Positions 45,011 through 54,914 of a DNA stretch of 64,000 nucleotides are shown here, one piece after another. The notes beneath the pieces are model-generated. The model searched no databases. It was not told the origin of the DNA and saw nothing but the letters and a program-made list of their open reading frames with translations. A program made the position numbers and the translations under genes. The DNA is from Candidatus Zhuqueibacterota bacterium. GTDB lineage: Bacteria; Zhuqueibacterota; JdFR-76; DREG01. The stretch spans positions 15,668 through 79,667 of the forward strand of contig JADFJB010000004.1 of the NCBI GenBank assembly GCA_022566355.1, written 5' to 3'. Every line of letters begins with the position of its first letter. The first letter of the stretch is position 1.

Positions 45011-46135
45011 ATGAGAAAAGTTATACGAAAAATAATTTGGTCTATTGTACTTATGGTTTTTATTCTAGCCGGTTTGATGAATAATATTGCTCAAGCTGTT
45101 CGAATAAAAGACATTGCGAAAATTGGTGGCGTGGGAACAACACATTTAGTTGGCTATGGACTTTTGGTTGGACTAAATGGGACTGGCGATAGCCGGCAAT
45201 CCCTAATGGCCAACCAGACTCTGCGCAATATGCTTAAACGTTTCGGCATAACTTTACCTTCGCAACGGCTCCGTATCAAGAATGTGGCTGCAGTAATGGT
45301 GACAGCAGAGTTGATTCCATTTGTGCAAAGCGGATCACAAATTGACGTGGTCGTTTCATCGATGGGAGATGCTTCAAGTTTACAAGGCGGCATTTTGCTG
45401 ATGACTCCATTAGTTGATGATGAAGGCGACGTTTATGTGAAAGCCCAGGGTGCCATATCTGTTGGAGGATTTGATATCAAAACCATTGGGGGAGAGCAGG
45501 TTCGCAAAAATTATACGCATGTTGGCCGTGTTCCATTTGGCGGTACAGTTGAAAGAACCAAACCCTTTACTATTCCGATGGATACACTTAGAGTCAACCT
45601 ACATCAACCCGACTTTACAACCGTTATTCGAATTGCGGATATAATTAACCAGAATTTTGGTTCCGGTATCGCTATTCCCGTTCATGCGGGACAATTGTTA
45701 GTTGCAATTCCAACTACATATCAAAATCCTGCTGGACGGATTCAGTTCATCTCTCAAATGGAAGTATTGGATATAATACCTGATCAACTGGCAAGGGTTG
45801 TCGTTAACGAACGTACCGGTACGATTGTGGTTGGTACGAATGTCAGCATTTCGGAAGTTGCAATCGCACATGGAAATTTAACCATCGAGATTAGTGCATC
45901 ACCTATAATATCACAACCAGCGCCGTTTTCGCAAGGTCAAACAGTAGCTATACAACAAACTAGCACTCAAGTGACGACAGAGAATTCAAGATTATTATTG
46001 GTAAAAGAGAGTGTAAGAATACAGGATATTGCCGCTGCTCTGAATGAACTTGGTGTTACTCCACGCGACCTTATTGCGATTTTTCAGGCTTTGAAAGTAG
46101 CCGGAGCCTTACACGCAGAATTGGTAATTATGTAA
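45011..46135 (+). CDS. flgI: Flagellar P-ring protein FlgI
   Basis: RIKDIAKIGGVGTTHLVGYGLLVGLNGTGD, LQGGILLMTPL, VVNERTGTIVVG and LNELGVTPRDLIAIFQALKVAGALHAELVIM are FlgI hallmarks. Confidence 0.96.
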   Translation: MRKVIRKIIWSIVLMVFILAGLMNNIAQAVRIKDIAKIGGVGTTHLVGYGLLVGLNGTGDSRQSLMANQTLRNMLKRFGITLPSQRLRIKNVAAVMVTAELIPFVQSGSQIDVVVSSMGDASSLQGGILLMTPLVDDEGDVYVKAQGAISVGGFDIKTIGGEQVRKNYTHVGRVPFGGTVERTKPFTIPMDTLRVNLHQPDFTTVIRIADIINQNFGSGIAIPVHAGQLLVAIPTTYQNPAGRIQFISQMEVLDIIPDQLARVVVNERTGTIVVGTNVSISEVAIAHGNLTIEISASPIISQPAPFSQGQTVAIQQTSTQVTTENSRLLLVKESVRIQDIAAALNELGVTPRDLIAIFQALKVAGALHAELVIM

Positions 46136-46932
46136 TGATTGATTCGTTAAACACAACTGCAAATTTACCCAGAGCTATTTCTGGTGATGATACCGGTGTA
46201 GAATCCAGGAAAGAGAAGTTAGAAAAGCTAAAAGAAGCGACACAGCAATTTGAAGCCATTTTTATCGCCCATATGCTAAAAACTATGCGCGACACGATTC
46301 CTGAAGGTGGACTGTTCGACCGGAAATTGGCCGATGATTTCTACGAAAGTATGTTTGACCAAGAGATATCCATAGAATTGGCCAAGCGTCAAAATCGAGG
46401 TTTTGCAGATATACTATTCAGGCAGTTATCAGGTAAACTGGACACAGGGACGCCTCTCAAAGAAATTCTTGATGGTGTGAATGAGTTGAAGAGCAATGGC
46501 CGAAAACTTGATTCGATCCATAAACTAAAAAATTTGGAGCCAATTGTTCAAAGATCAGCTAAGGAATTCGACCTGGATCCAAACCTGATTCATGCGGTAA
46601 TTATGCAGGAATCTGCAGGCAATCCAAACGCTGTTTCATCAAAAGGGGCAAAAGGTTTGATGCAACTTATTGATTCGACAGCAAAGATGATGGGAGTAAA
46701 TAACCCATTTGATCCTGAAGAGAACATTAGAGGCGGAGCAAAGTACCTCAAGCAATTGTTGAATCAATTCGATAATGATTTAGAACTTGCTCTTGCAGCA
46801 TATAATGCCGGACCAGGAAATGTGAAAAATTATGGTGGTATTCCTCATTTCAAAGAAACGCAAAACTATGTTAAGAAGGTTCTACAAAATTATTATTCTA
46901 TGAAACCCAAACAGCCAAAAGAAATAACCTAG
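46135..46932 (+). CDS. flgJ: FlgJ-like protein: rod-binding domain fused to an SLT lytic transglycosylase domain
   Basis: N-terminal rod-binding pattern QQFEAIFIAHMLKTMRDT...DFYESMFDQEISIELAK. C-terminal SLT motifs IMQESAGNPNAVSSKGAKGLMQL and AYNAGPGNV. Confidence 0.85.
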   Translation: MIDSLNTTANLPRAISGDDTGVESRKEKLEKLKEATQQFEAIFIAHMLKTMRDTIPEGGLFDRKLADDFYESMFDQEISIELAKRQNRGFADILFRQLSGKLDTGTPLKEILDGVNELKSNGRKLDSIHKLKNLEPIVQRSAKEFDLDPNLIHAVIMQESAGNPNAVSSKGAKGLMQLIDSTAKMMGVNNPFDPEENIRGGAKYLKQLLNQFDNDLELALAAYNAGPGNVKNYGGIPHFKETQNYVKKVLQNYYSMKPKQPKEIT

Positions 46933-46950
46933 ATAGTAAGGACAGGTTGG

Positions 46951-47457
46951 ATGTCAAAACAGCAAGAAGCTATTTCGCTTCCGGAAGAATTTTATAGAAC
47001 ATTAGTACAGGTGTTATCATCTGAAAATGAATCACTACAAAAGTTTGTGAACAATTTGGATAGTCAATACCACGTTCTTATCAATCAAAAATTAACAGAT
47101 TTTGTTTCAATATTAAAAGATCAGAAGAGATTACTTGCTGAATCGCAAGAGGCGGAAAAGCAAAAGTATCAAAAGATAAAAACTTTTTTGCCTGGTTCAA
47201 ACAAGCATTCATTACATGAGTTGATTATGGCTTCTCCTCCTGATTACAGGGATAAGCTCATTGAATTAAAAGAAAACTTTGATTTTAGCCTAGAGAAAAT
47301 TCAGAAGAAAAGAGATCGAAATAAACTATTAATCCAAAAAAGCCTGGATATGATTCAAAGCCAAATTAAATATTTGCGGATTATGACACAGCCTGGTTAT
47401 GATGCTAAAGGTAATAGAGAAGCAACTGATATTTCATACATAAATAAACAAATATAA
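46951..47457 (+). CDS. flgN: FlgN-like flagellar chaperone
   Basis: 168-aa helical protein immediately upstream of flgK-flgL, the canonical flgN position. The N-terminal L..L..E...L..F pattern fits, but motif support is weak. Confidence 0.55.
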   Translation: MSKQQEAISLPEEFYRTLVQVLSSENESLQKFVNNLDSQYHVLINQKLTDFVSILKDQKRLLAESQEAEKQKYQKIKTFLPGSNKHSLHELIMASPPDYRDKLIELKENFDFSLEKIQKKRDRNKLLIQKSLDMIQSQIKYLRIMTQPGYDAKGNREATDISYINKQI

Positions 47458-48818
47458 TGGCTGGCCTCAACAACATATTAACAACCGCTTACTCTGCTTT
47501 AATGGCGCAGCAAGCCGGTATGAATGTTACCGGTTCGAATATTGCAAATGCGCAAAATCCAAATTATTCTCGCCAAACGTTAAAACTGTCATCAGCCACC
47601 GTTTATGGATCTTTACTAGGAACGGGAGTTCATATAGACAGCATTCAAAGAGGCAGAGATCAAGTCATCGATGTAGGAATTTGGCAAGAAAAGGCGCATT
47701 TCGGTTACTATGAATCTGAGGATAAATATACCGCATTTGTGGAGTCTGTTTTCAATGATTTGACTGGTGAAGGATTATCACAGTTTTTGGATGAATTTTG
47801 GAATTCTTGGTTAGAGCTTTCAAACCACCCGGAAAACTCAGGAGCACGCGCAGGTGTTAGCATAAAAGCAAAGAGACTAGCAATCAGACTTAATAACATG
47901 GATAACCAACTGCGTACGTTAGCTAAACAATCTCAGGTAGAGTTAAAAAACAGGACTGATGATTTTAATAATTTATTGAAGCATATAGCTAAAATAAATA
48001 CACAGATAATCAGAGATAGCAACAATGCAGGCTATAATAACTCATTGCTGGACAAACGAGATAGCCTAATTAATGAATTGTCCACTTATATTGACCTCAA
48101 AGTTATATTTAATGAAGGAGGCTCCGTTACCTTGTTTGGCAGTAATCAAATATTGCTGGATAAAGGAAATTCCTATGAACTAGAGATGGAAAGTAGAAAT
48201 CAGGCTGGACAAAATAATGTATATCTTTCAATACATAACGGTAAAGAATTAAATATAAAAGATGGTCTTTTAAAATCATTGGTTGAGCAATCAAATATAT
48301 CCGATGAGTTAAAGGAACTTGATGAAATTGCGAAAAACTTAGTGGAGCAAGTTAATACTCTGCACAAAACATTTTTCGATTTAAAAGGGGGTACTGGCAA
48401 AGAATTTTTTAACAGTACTGGTATAAAAGCTGGATCAATCCGAGTAAAACCTGAAATCATCAATGATGCTTCAAACATTGCAGTTTCTAAAGATGGTCAA
48501 AATGGAGATGGAGCTGGTTCATTAGATATTGCAAATGTTCGATATGCTAAAGTTTTAAGAAATGCATCAAATACAATTGATGAAAGCTATCAATCTATAG
48601 TTTCAATAATTGGACAAAAAAGAAGATCATCGGTAGATAATTTTGAGATACAAACCAGTGTAGTAAAAGCTTTAGAAAATCAACGTCAATCTATCATGGG
48701 GGTATCTCTTGAAGAAGAAATGATTAATTTGATTAAATATCAAAATGCATTTTCTGCTACCAGTCGATTTATTGGGGCGGTAGATGAAATGTTGCAAACA
48801 GTTATAAATATGGTGTAG
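47457..48818 (+). CDS. flgK: Hook-associated protein 1 FlgK
   Basis: N-terminal LNNILTTAYSALMAQQAGMNVTGSNIANAQNPNYSRQ and C-terminal GVSLEEEMINLIKYQNAFSATSRFIGAVDEMLQTVINM. Confidence 0.92.
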   Translation: MAGLNNILTTAYSALMAQQAGMNVTGSNIANAQNPNYSRQTLKLSSATVYGSLLGTGVHIDSIQRGRDQVIDVGIWQEKAHFGYYESEDKYTAFVESVFNDLTGEGLSQFLDEFWNSWLELSNHPENSGARAGVSIKAKRLAIRLNNMDNQLRTLAKQSQVELKNRTDDFNNLLKHIAKINTQIIRDSNNAGYNNSLLDKRDSLINELSTYIDLKVIFNEGGSVTLFGSNQILLDKGNSYELEMESRNQAGQNNVYLSIHNGKELNIKDGLLKSLVEQSNISDELKELDEIAKNLVEQVNTLHKTFFDLKGGTGKEFFNSTGIKAGSIRVKPEIINDASNIAVSKDGQNGDGAGSLDIANVRYAKVLRNASNTIDESYQSIVSIIGQKRRSSVDNFEIQTSVVKALENQRQSIMGVSLEEEMINLIKYQNAFSATSRFIGAVDEMLQTVINMV

Positions 48819-48822
48819 GTAT

Positions 48823-49731
48823 ATGAGGGTTACATCTTTTACATTCATTTCGAATTTGAATTCGCTCTTGGCACAGAATTTATCACGTATTAGCGAACTT
48901 CAAATTGAAATCAGTTCAGGTAAAAAACTGAATAAGCCATCTGACGATGCAAGTGGAGTACCCATTGTTCTTGGGATTTACTCCAAAATAGAACGGAATA
49001 ATCAATACATTCGTAATATTGATGATGGTCTTAGTCGATTCGGATTAACGGAAAATACTTTAAATGATGTAAGCAATCTGATCAATAGGGCAAAAGATTT
49101 AGCGATATTCGGAGCAAGTGACGGATTGAACAATCAGGACAGACAAATTGCAGCTGTTGAAGTTAATCAACTTATTGAGCATCTCTTTTCTTTGAGTAAT
49201 AAGGATTCTGTGGAAGGTTACTTATTCGGAGGAACGAAAACCGACTCAGTACCTTTTGTAGCTATAAGGGATAATCAGAATAGGATAACGCGTGTGCTTG
49301 CTGATGGTAATATTTCAAGTGCAGTGAATCGAAGTATCGGTGACAACGATGTAACAGAAATTAGCAGTGATTATAACGGAATATTTTATGGAAACGAAAA
49401 TGTATTTGAAACCTTGATCCAATTAAGAGATGGATTGGAAAAAAATGATAAAAACCAAATACGTGATTCCATGGAGAAATTAAACCGAGATCATTTTCGC
49501 GCTATCGTTTCAAAAATAGGCGAGATAGGAGTAAAGGTTAAATATTTTATAGATCGAAAAAATGAGATAAAAAACGATTTTGTTACGTTATCTGAACAGC
49601 TTTCATCTTTAGAAGATACGGATATCGCGGAATCTATCATTCTCCTTGAACTACATTTAGTGGCATATCAGGCTGCTTTATTGGCTGGAAGCAAAATCAT
49701 AGAAACAACTTTGACGAGTATATTGAAGTAG
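48823..49731 (+). CDS. flgL: Hook-associated protein 3 FlgL
   Basis: MRVTSFTFISNLNSLLAQNLSRISELQIEISSGKKLNKPSDDA (flagellin-N-like) and C-terminal DTDIAESIILLELHLVAYQAALLAGSKII. Follows flgK. Confidence 0.88.
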   Translation: MRVTSFTFISNLNSLLAQNLSRISELQIEISSGKKLNKPSDDASGVPIVLGIYSKIERNNQYIRNIDDGLSRFGLTENTLNDVSNLINRAKDLAIFGASDGLNNQDRQIAAVEVNQLIEHLFSLSNKDSVEGYLFGGTKTDSVPFVAIRDNQNRITRVLADGNISSAVNRSIGDNDVTEISSDYNGIFYGNENVFETLIQLRDGLEKNDKNQIRDSMEKLNRDHFRAIVSKIGEIGVKVKYFIDRKNEIKNDFVTLSEQLSSLEDTDIAESIILLELHLVAYQAALLAGSKIIETTLTSILK

Positions 49732-49751
49732 TGTAAACTGAGGAGTTTATT

Positions 49752-50234
49752 GTGAGTTTGGGCAAAAAAGTTTTAAATACAAAGCGCTGGGGTAAATTGG
49801 AAATTGATTTAGATGAAGAAATTTCGTTTGAACGCGGTATTCCAGGTTTCGAGGAAAATAAGCGATTCGTCTTATTAGATTCTGATGATATAAAACCCTT
49901 TTACTGGTTGGTAAATATTGAAGATCCAGATTTGGCCTTTGTCCTGGTTGATCCTCAAAACTTTTTGTCGGATTATCAGCCCAAAATATACGAGTCTGAT
50001 ATGGTCGAGTTGAAATCGGATCCCAATGACACACTTATGATATTCGCAATGATTACACTTTCATCCGATCCGGTAAAATCTACTGCAAATTTACTTGGAC
50101 CTCTCTTGATCAATATAACTAAAAAATTAGGCAAGCAAATTGTCGTGGTAGATGAACAATATTCAACTAAATATCCGATTTTAAATGTAAGTGCTCAAAA
50201 AGTTGTCGAGCATGAACAATTAGAAGTTTGTTAA
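49752..50234 (+). CDS. fliW: Flagellar assembly factor FliW
   Basis: The FERGIPGFEENKRFVLLDSDDIKPFYWLVNIEDPDLAFVLVDP pattern is typical of FliW. Adjacent to csrA. GTG start. Confidence 0.9.
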   Translation: MSLGKKVLNTKRWGKLEIDLDEEISFERGIPGFEENKRFVLLDSDDIKPFYWLVNIEDPDLAFVLVDPQNFLSDYQPKIYESDMVELKSDPNDTLMIFAMITLSSDPVKSTANLLGPLLINITKKLGKQIVVVDEQYSTKYPILNVSAQKVVEHEQLEVC

Positions 50235-50330
50235 ATCAAATACGGTTCCCAGGTTTAAGAATAGGCTAATAAAGTTCTGGTGATCTGATGAACCGTAGTA
50301 ATTATTAATCATTTTATCAAGGAAGATGAA

Positions 50331-50570
50331 ATGCTTGTATTGACAAGGAAGTCGGGCGAAAGCCTTATCGTTGGTGAAGATGTAATTATTACCGTTGTTG
50401 AGATAAAAGGCGGCCAGGTTAAGTTGGGAGTCGACGCCCCAAAGTCGATAGCTATTTATCGTAAGGAGCTCCTCGAAAAAATAATCAAACAAAACATTGC
50501 CGCTGCGAAATCTGGTAAAATACATCTATCATCTCTTGCAAAACTGGTCAAGAAAAAAACACGAAAATAA
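50331..50570 (+). CDS. csrA: Carbon storage/translational regulator CsrA
   Basis: MLVLTRKSGESLIVGEDVIITVVEIKGGQVKLGVDAPKSIAIYRKEL is the CsrA signature. Confidence 0.97.
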   Translation: MLVLTRKSGESLIVGEDVIITVVEIKGGQVKLGVDAPKSIAIYRKELLEKIIKQNIAAAKSGKIHLSSLAKLVKKKTRK

Positions 50571-50861
50571 CATCATCAAGAATTTAAAAATAGCTTGTTT
50601 TTAGAAGTCAGCAGGTTGGGAGGCCACATGACTTCACGCTACTTTAGTATATTAAGCGCATCTATGTTTATTAAGTACAAATAAATTAAGGGTAGTTAAG
50701 AGTTAAAACCCTGGTTTAGTCTTCGATTTATTTGAGTTGTTCAATTCAGTTAAACGACCTGAAAAATGATAATTTGACAAAATATGTCTATTCAACATGT
50801 GGCTTATATGGCGGAGCTGTGTAGAGTTATAAAATTCAAATGAAGAGTATTGGAGAAAAGT

Positions 50862-51878
50862 ATGATTTGGAAAGATCTTAGTGTTTTAATTACTGGCGGC
50901 ACAGGCTCTTTTGGAAAAAAATTTACTGAAATAATGCTTGAGCGTTATCAACCTCGCCGATTGATTATTTTTAGCCGGGATGAATTAAAACAACATGAAA
51001 TGAGACAAATATTCCCTGAGGATAAAAACACGGCAATCCGGTATTTTATAGGAGACGTCAGGGATAAAGATCGACTCTACAGAGCCTTTAATGATGTTGA
51101 TATAGTTGTGCATGCGGCAGCGTTAAAGCAGGTTCCCACAGCGGAATATAACCCGCTGGAGGTTATCAAAACCAATATTTTAGGAGCGTCAAATGTGATT
51201 GATGCCGCCATCGATTGTGGTGTGAAGCGTGTCGTCGCTTTAAGTAGCGATAAAGCAGTAAGTCCTGTTAACTTGTATGGCGCTACAAAACTTTGTGCAG
51301 ATAAATTGTTCATCGCTGCAAAAGCCTATACCGGAGCTAACGGCACACGTTTTAGTGTAGTACGATATGGCAATGTAATTGGCAGCCGGGGAAGTGTGAT
51401 CCCTCTATTTAAAGAAAAACGCTCCACCGGGATTCTTCCAATTACGGATTTAAGAATGACCCGGTTTTGGCTAACCCTGGACAAGGCCGTTGGTTTAGTG
51501 ATAAAATGTCTGGAAATAATGCAAGGGAGTGAAATATTTGTACCCAAAATTCCAAGTATGCGTATTGTTGATTTAGCGAATGCAATTGCTCCGGAGTGCC
51601 GTCATGAAATAATAGGTATTCGACCGGGAGAGAAACTTCATGAAGTTTTACTTACCGAAGATGAAATTCACAATACGGTTGAATTTGATGATTATTACGT
51701 CGTTCAAATGGATTCAAATCAAAATAATAACAGAATGAACAGTAAACGTGAAAAATTAGATGAGAACTTCAAATACAGCAGTGATACGAATGATTGGTGG
51801 CTGGGAACAAGCGAGTTACTCGATTTGGTGCTGCTGAACGAGCCAATAGAATCAAAGGAAGAATTTGTATTCTCATAA
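50862..51878 (+). CDS. pseB: UDP-N-acetylglucosamine 4,6-dehydratase (PseB/FlaA1/CapD family)
   Basis: ITGGTGSFGKKF Rossmann motif, FIGDVRD, VHAAALKQVP and YGATKLCADKL (YxxxK). Length and the MIWKD...start fit PseB. Confidence 0.88.
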   Translation: MIWKDLSVLITGGTGSFGKKFTEIMLERYQPRRLIIFSRDELKQHEMRQIFPEDKNTAIRYFIGDVRDKDRLYRAFNDVDIVVHAAALKQVPTAEYNPLEVIKTNILGASNVIDAAIDCGVKRVVALSSDKAVSPVNLYGATKLCADKLFIAAKAYTGANGTRFSVVRYGNVIGSRGSVIPLFKEKRSTGILPITDLRMTRFWLTLDKAVGLVIKCLEIMQGSEIFVPKIPSMRIVDLANAIAPECRHEIIGIRPGEKLHEVLLTEDEIHNTVEFDDYYVVQMDSNQNNNRMNSKREKLDENFKYSSDTNDWWLGTSELLDLVLLNEPIESKEEFVFS

Positions 51879-51915
51879 TAAAGAATAATTTCGCCTGGCT
51901 CTAATATGGAAATAA

Positions 51916-52707
51916 ATGCTGAATAAACAAAGGATAGTAGCTATCATTCAGGCAAGAATTGGTTCATCCAGGTTGCCGGGAAAGACACTAACCAATATTG
52001 ATGGAAAGCCCCTGCTAGCTCGTATCATTGAACGTATCCAGGCTTGCACAAAAATTGACGACATTTTGGTTGCCACTACGAACAAGCCGGAGGATGTTGA
52101 AATTCAAACTGTTGTATCAAGTTATGGGATAAGATCATTTGCCGGCAGCGAAAACGACGTATTAGATCGATTCTACCAGGCCGCAAAGCTTGTTGGCGCA
52201 GATGTAATCGTTCGCATAACAGCAGACGATCCATTCAAAGATCCCCAGGTTATCGATAAATTTATTAGTTATTTTTTAGCAAATCCTGAGTTTGATTTTT
52301 TGGGTGAGGAAGAAAATAATCCGACATTTCCAGAAGGATTAGCGGTTTCGGTGTTCTCATTCAATGCATTGGAAAGAGCATGGCGAGAAGCAATTTTATT
52401 TTCAGAAAGAGAGCACGTAACCCCTTATTTCTTAAAAAATCCCCAAAAATTCAATATTGGAATTATTCGAAATGAACAGGATTTATCTCATCACCGCTGG
52501 ACATTAGACTATGCAGAAGATTTACTTTTTACTCGTGAAATATATGACCGGCTGGGACATAAAGGCATATTTTTGATGGAGGATATACTTGATCTTCTGG
52601 AGACTGAACCCTCACTAGCAAACATTAATCAAGGGATAGAGAGGAGTAAAGGGTGCAAATTGTCATTACAGGATAACTTTGAAATGCTGGAGGAAGCGGT
52701 AAATTAA
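51916..52707 (+). CDS. SpsF-type cytidylyltransferase (nonulosonic acid activation candidate)
   Basis: IVAIIQARIGSSRLPGKTL..IDGKPLL, VATTNKPED, GSENDVLDRF and VRITADDPFKDP match the SpsF/cytidylyltransferase pattern. Confidence 0.8.
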   Translation: MLNKQRIVAIIQARIGSSRLPGKTLTNIDGKPLLARIIERIQACTKIDDILVATTNKPEDVEIQTVVSSYGIRSFAGSENDVLDRFYQAAKLVGADVIVRITADDPFKDPQVIDKFISYFLANPEFDFLGEEENNPTFPEGLAVSVFSFNALERAWREAILFSEREHVTPYFLKNPQKFNIGIIRNEQDLSHHRWTLDYAEDLLFTREIYDRLGHKGIFLMEDILDLLETEPSLANINQGIERSKGCKLSLQDNFEMLEEAVN

Positions 52708-52710
52708 TAG

Positions 52711-53886
52711 ATGAAAAGAATTACCGAATTGGAAAGTCGATATGTGCAGGAGGTGTTGGAATCACAATTTAGTACCTCTTCAAACGGCATTATGACCAGC
52801 CGGCTTGAGCAGAGATTTGCCGATATTTTTCAATCAAAATATGCGATTTCATTTATCAATGGCACGGCAACCATGCATGCCATTCTGTCCGCAGCCGGCG
52901 TAGGTGCAGGTGATGAAGTAATCGTTCCACCACTCACAATGGCTAGTACTGCACTTGCGGTTTTGCATGCAAATGCAACCCCGGTTTTTGCGGATATTGA
53001 TCCTGACACCTGGAACATTGACCCTGAATCCATACTGAATCGTGTTACTCCCAATACAAAAGTGATAATTCCCGTTGCCATTTACGGTCTGCCTCCTGAT
53101 ATGGACCCGATCATGAAGATAGCAAAACAATACGATTTATTTGTTCTGGAAGATGATGCACAATGCTTTTTGGGATATTACAAAGATCAAATAATGGGGA
53201 GTATCGGCCATGCTTCGAGTTTTAGTTTTCAAAGCTCTAAACATATAACAAGCGGTGAAGGGGGCGTGGTTACGACCAACGATGAAGAATTAGCTTTGAA
53301 GATTCGGAGAATTAATAGTTTAGGATACGGTGCAGTTGAAGGAGGCATCGGCAAAGGAAAAATATCGCGAACCGATATTCAGGATCCGAAATATCTTCGT
53401 CATGTTTCTACAGGTTGGAACTACCGTATGCCAGACCTGTGTGCAGCAGTTGCATTAGGTCAATTAGAAAGATTAAGCGAATTTGTCGATATTCGGATCA
53501 AAGTAGCAAATCTATACAGACAAGCCATTGAAGGATGTAATTGGTTAGTGCCCCAACGTCAACCGAAAGATTGCATCCATTCATGTTGGTCTTATGTTTT
53601 AAAATTACAAAATTCAGATTTAAGCTGGTACGATTTTAGAGATACCTATCTACAGAATAGCGGAGATGGAATATACGCTGCATGGCAATTAACTTATCTG
53701 GAACCTGCATTTATAAATACTAAGTTTCACCCGAATCAGAGGCAAAAATTTGCAAAAGGCTTATGTCCGGTTGCAGAAAAAATCCAGCCAAAATTGCTTC
53801 AACTTAAGACCAATTACTATGATTTAGATACAGCTGAACAAAAGGCTGAAGCATTATCAAAAACGATTGATTTTTTTGGACGTTAG
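52711..53886 (+). CDS. DegT/DnrJ/EryC1/StrS-family PLP-dependent sugar aminotransferase (PseC/SpsC-like)
   Basis: FINGTATMHAIL, GDEVIVPPLTMAST, EDDAQCF, and SFSFQSSKHITSGEGG carrying the PLP lysine. Confidence 0.9.
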   Translation: MKRITELESRYVQEVLESQFSTSSNGIMTSRLEQRFADIFQSKYAISFINGTATMHAILSAAGVGAGDEVIVPPLTMASTALAVLHANATPVFADIDPDTWNIDPESILNRVTPNTKVIIPVAIYGLPPDMDPIMKIAKQYDLFVLEDDAQCFLGYYKDQIMGSIGHASSFSFQSSKHITSGEGGVVTTNDEELALKIRRINSLGYGAVEGGIGKGKISRTDIQDPKYLRHVSTGWNYRMPDLCAAVALGQLERLSEFVDIRIKVANLYRQAIEGCNWLVPQRQPKDCIHSCWSYVLKLQNSDLSWYDFRDTYLQNSGDGIYAAWQLTYLEPAFINTKFHPNQRQKFAKGLCPVAEKIQPKLLQLKTNYYDLDTAEQKAEALSKTIDFFGR

Positions 53887-53927
53887 TAACACCCTTTTTA
53901 TTTTTTAAAAAATAGAATTTAGAAATC

Positions 53928-54914
53928 ATGATTTTAATAACCGGTGCGAGTGGATTGCTTGGAGCAAATTTAGTGTTACAAGCAAGTCAAAGAAATTTAA
54001 AAATCACTGCTCTGTATCACCGCCATAAATTGGTTTACCCGGGATTGAATTCAATTCAGGCTGATTTAAGAGATAAAGAACTGGTTCATAATTTGCTTCG
54101 AGATATTCAACCGGAATGCATCATTCATTGTGCTGCAATGACTCATGTTGATCAATGTGAGAAATACCCAACTGCAGCGCATAGAATAAATGTCGGATTA
54201 ACCCGAAATCTGGCTGAATCGGCAAATAAGCTTGACGCACTATTTGTTTACATTTCTACGGATTCCGTATTTACCGGGCACCGTGGAAATTATTCTGAAG
54301 AGCATATCCCGACTCCAATGAATGAATATGCAAAAAGTAAATACTCCGGAGAACAGGTCGTTCAGGAAGAACTTAATTCCAGTTTAATCCTCCGAACGAA
54401 TTTTTACGGCTGGAATATGCAGCAAAAGAATAGTCTTAGTGAGTGGATGTTGTCGAGGTTGGAATCCGGGCAAATTTTACATGGATTTCATGATGTTTTC
54501 TTTTCACCCATTCTGGTGAGTGATCTTTGTGAGATTATTTTGGATATGATTGAAAGAAGATTAACGGGTGTGTATCACGTTACCGGATCGCAAAAATGTA
54601 GCAAATATGAATTTGCACACAAATTGGCTGAAACATTTGATTATTCCACAGATTTGGTCAAAAAATTATCTGTTAAAAAAGCTGGTTTGAAAGCATTTCG
54701 CTCCAGGAATACATCATTGAATTGCGATAAAGTGAGTCAAGCGCTAGGAATTAATTTACCGGATTTAGCATCCGGATTGATAAATTTCAAAAACCAAAGA
54801 GTAATTGGTTTTGAATCTAAACTTAAGGAAATGAGAGGAGAATTTCACGATGCCAGTAATGAAAATTGGCAAGAGGGAAATTGGTCTCAATCAGCAGACC
54901 TATTTCATTGCTGA
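53928..54914 (+). CDS. NAD(P)-dependent sugar reductase/epimerase (RmlD-like SDR)
   Basis: ILITGASGLLGANL glycine motif and YAKSKYSGE (YxxxK). RmlD-like size. The 3' end overlaps the next gene by 65 nt. Confidence 0.75.
   Translation: MILITGASGLLGANLVLQASQRNLKITALYHRHKLVYPGLNSIQADLRDKELVHNLLRDIQPECIIHCAAMTHVDQCEKYPTAAHRINVGLTRNLAESANKLDALFVYISTDSVFTGHRGNYSEEHIPTPMNEYAKSKYSGEQVVQEELNSSLILRTNFYGWNMQQKNSLSEWMLSRLESGQILHGFHDVFFSPILVSDLCEIILDMIERRLTGVYHVTGSQKCSKYEFAHKLAETFDYSTDLVKKLSVKKAGLKAFRSRNTSLNCDKVSQALGINLPDLASGLINFKNQRVIGFESKLKEMRGEFHDASNENWQEGNWSQSADLFHC

Noticed and set aside
50220-50525. 101-aa minus-strand ORF opposite csrA, and 49747-50034 opposite fliW
   Set aside because: Antisense to two genes with unmistakable family signatures. 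No independent support.
50598-50632. GAAGTCA...TGACTTC inverted repeat after csrA, considered as a terminator
   Set aside because: The stem is 7 bp with an 18-nt loop and no U-tract, which is too weak to call.
54850-54914. 65-nt overlap between the RmlD-like gene end and the NeuB/PseI-like gene start, considered as a frameshift or fusion signal
   Set aside because: Both frames read sensibly up to their ends. The RmlD-like tail beyond about residue 300 is probably non-essential extension, or the true NeuB start is as annotated. There is no evidence of a disrupted gene.
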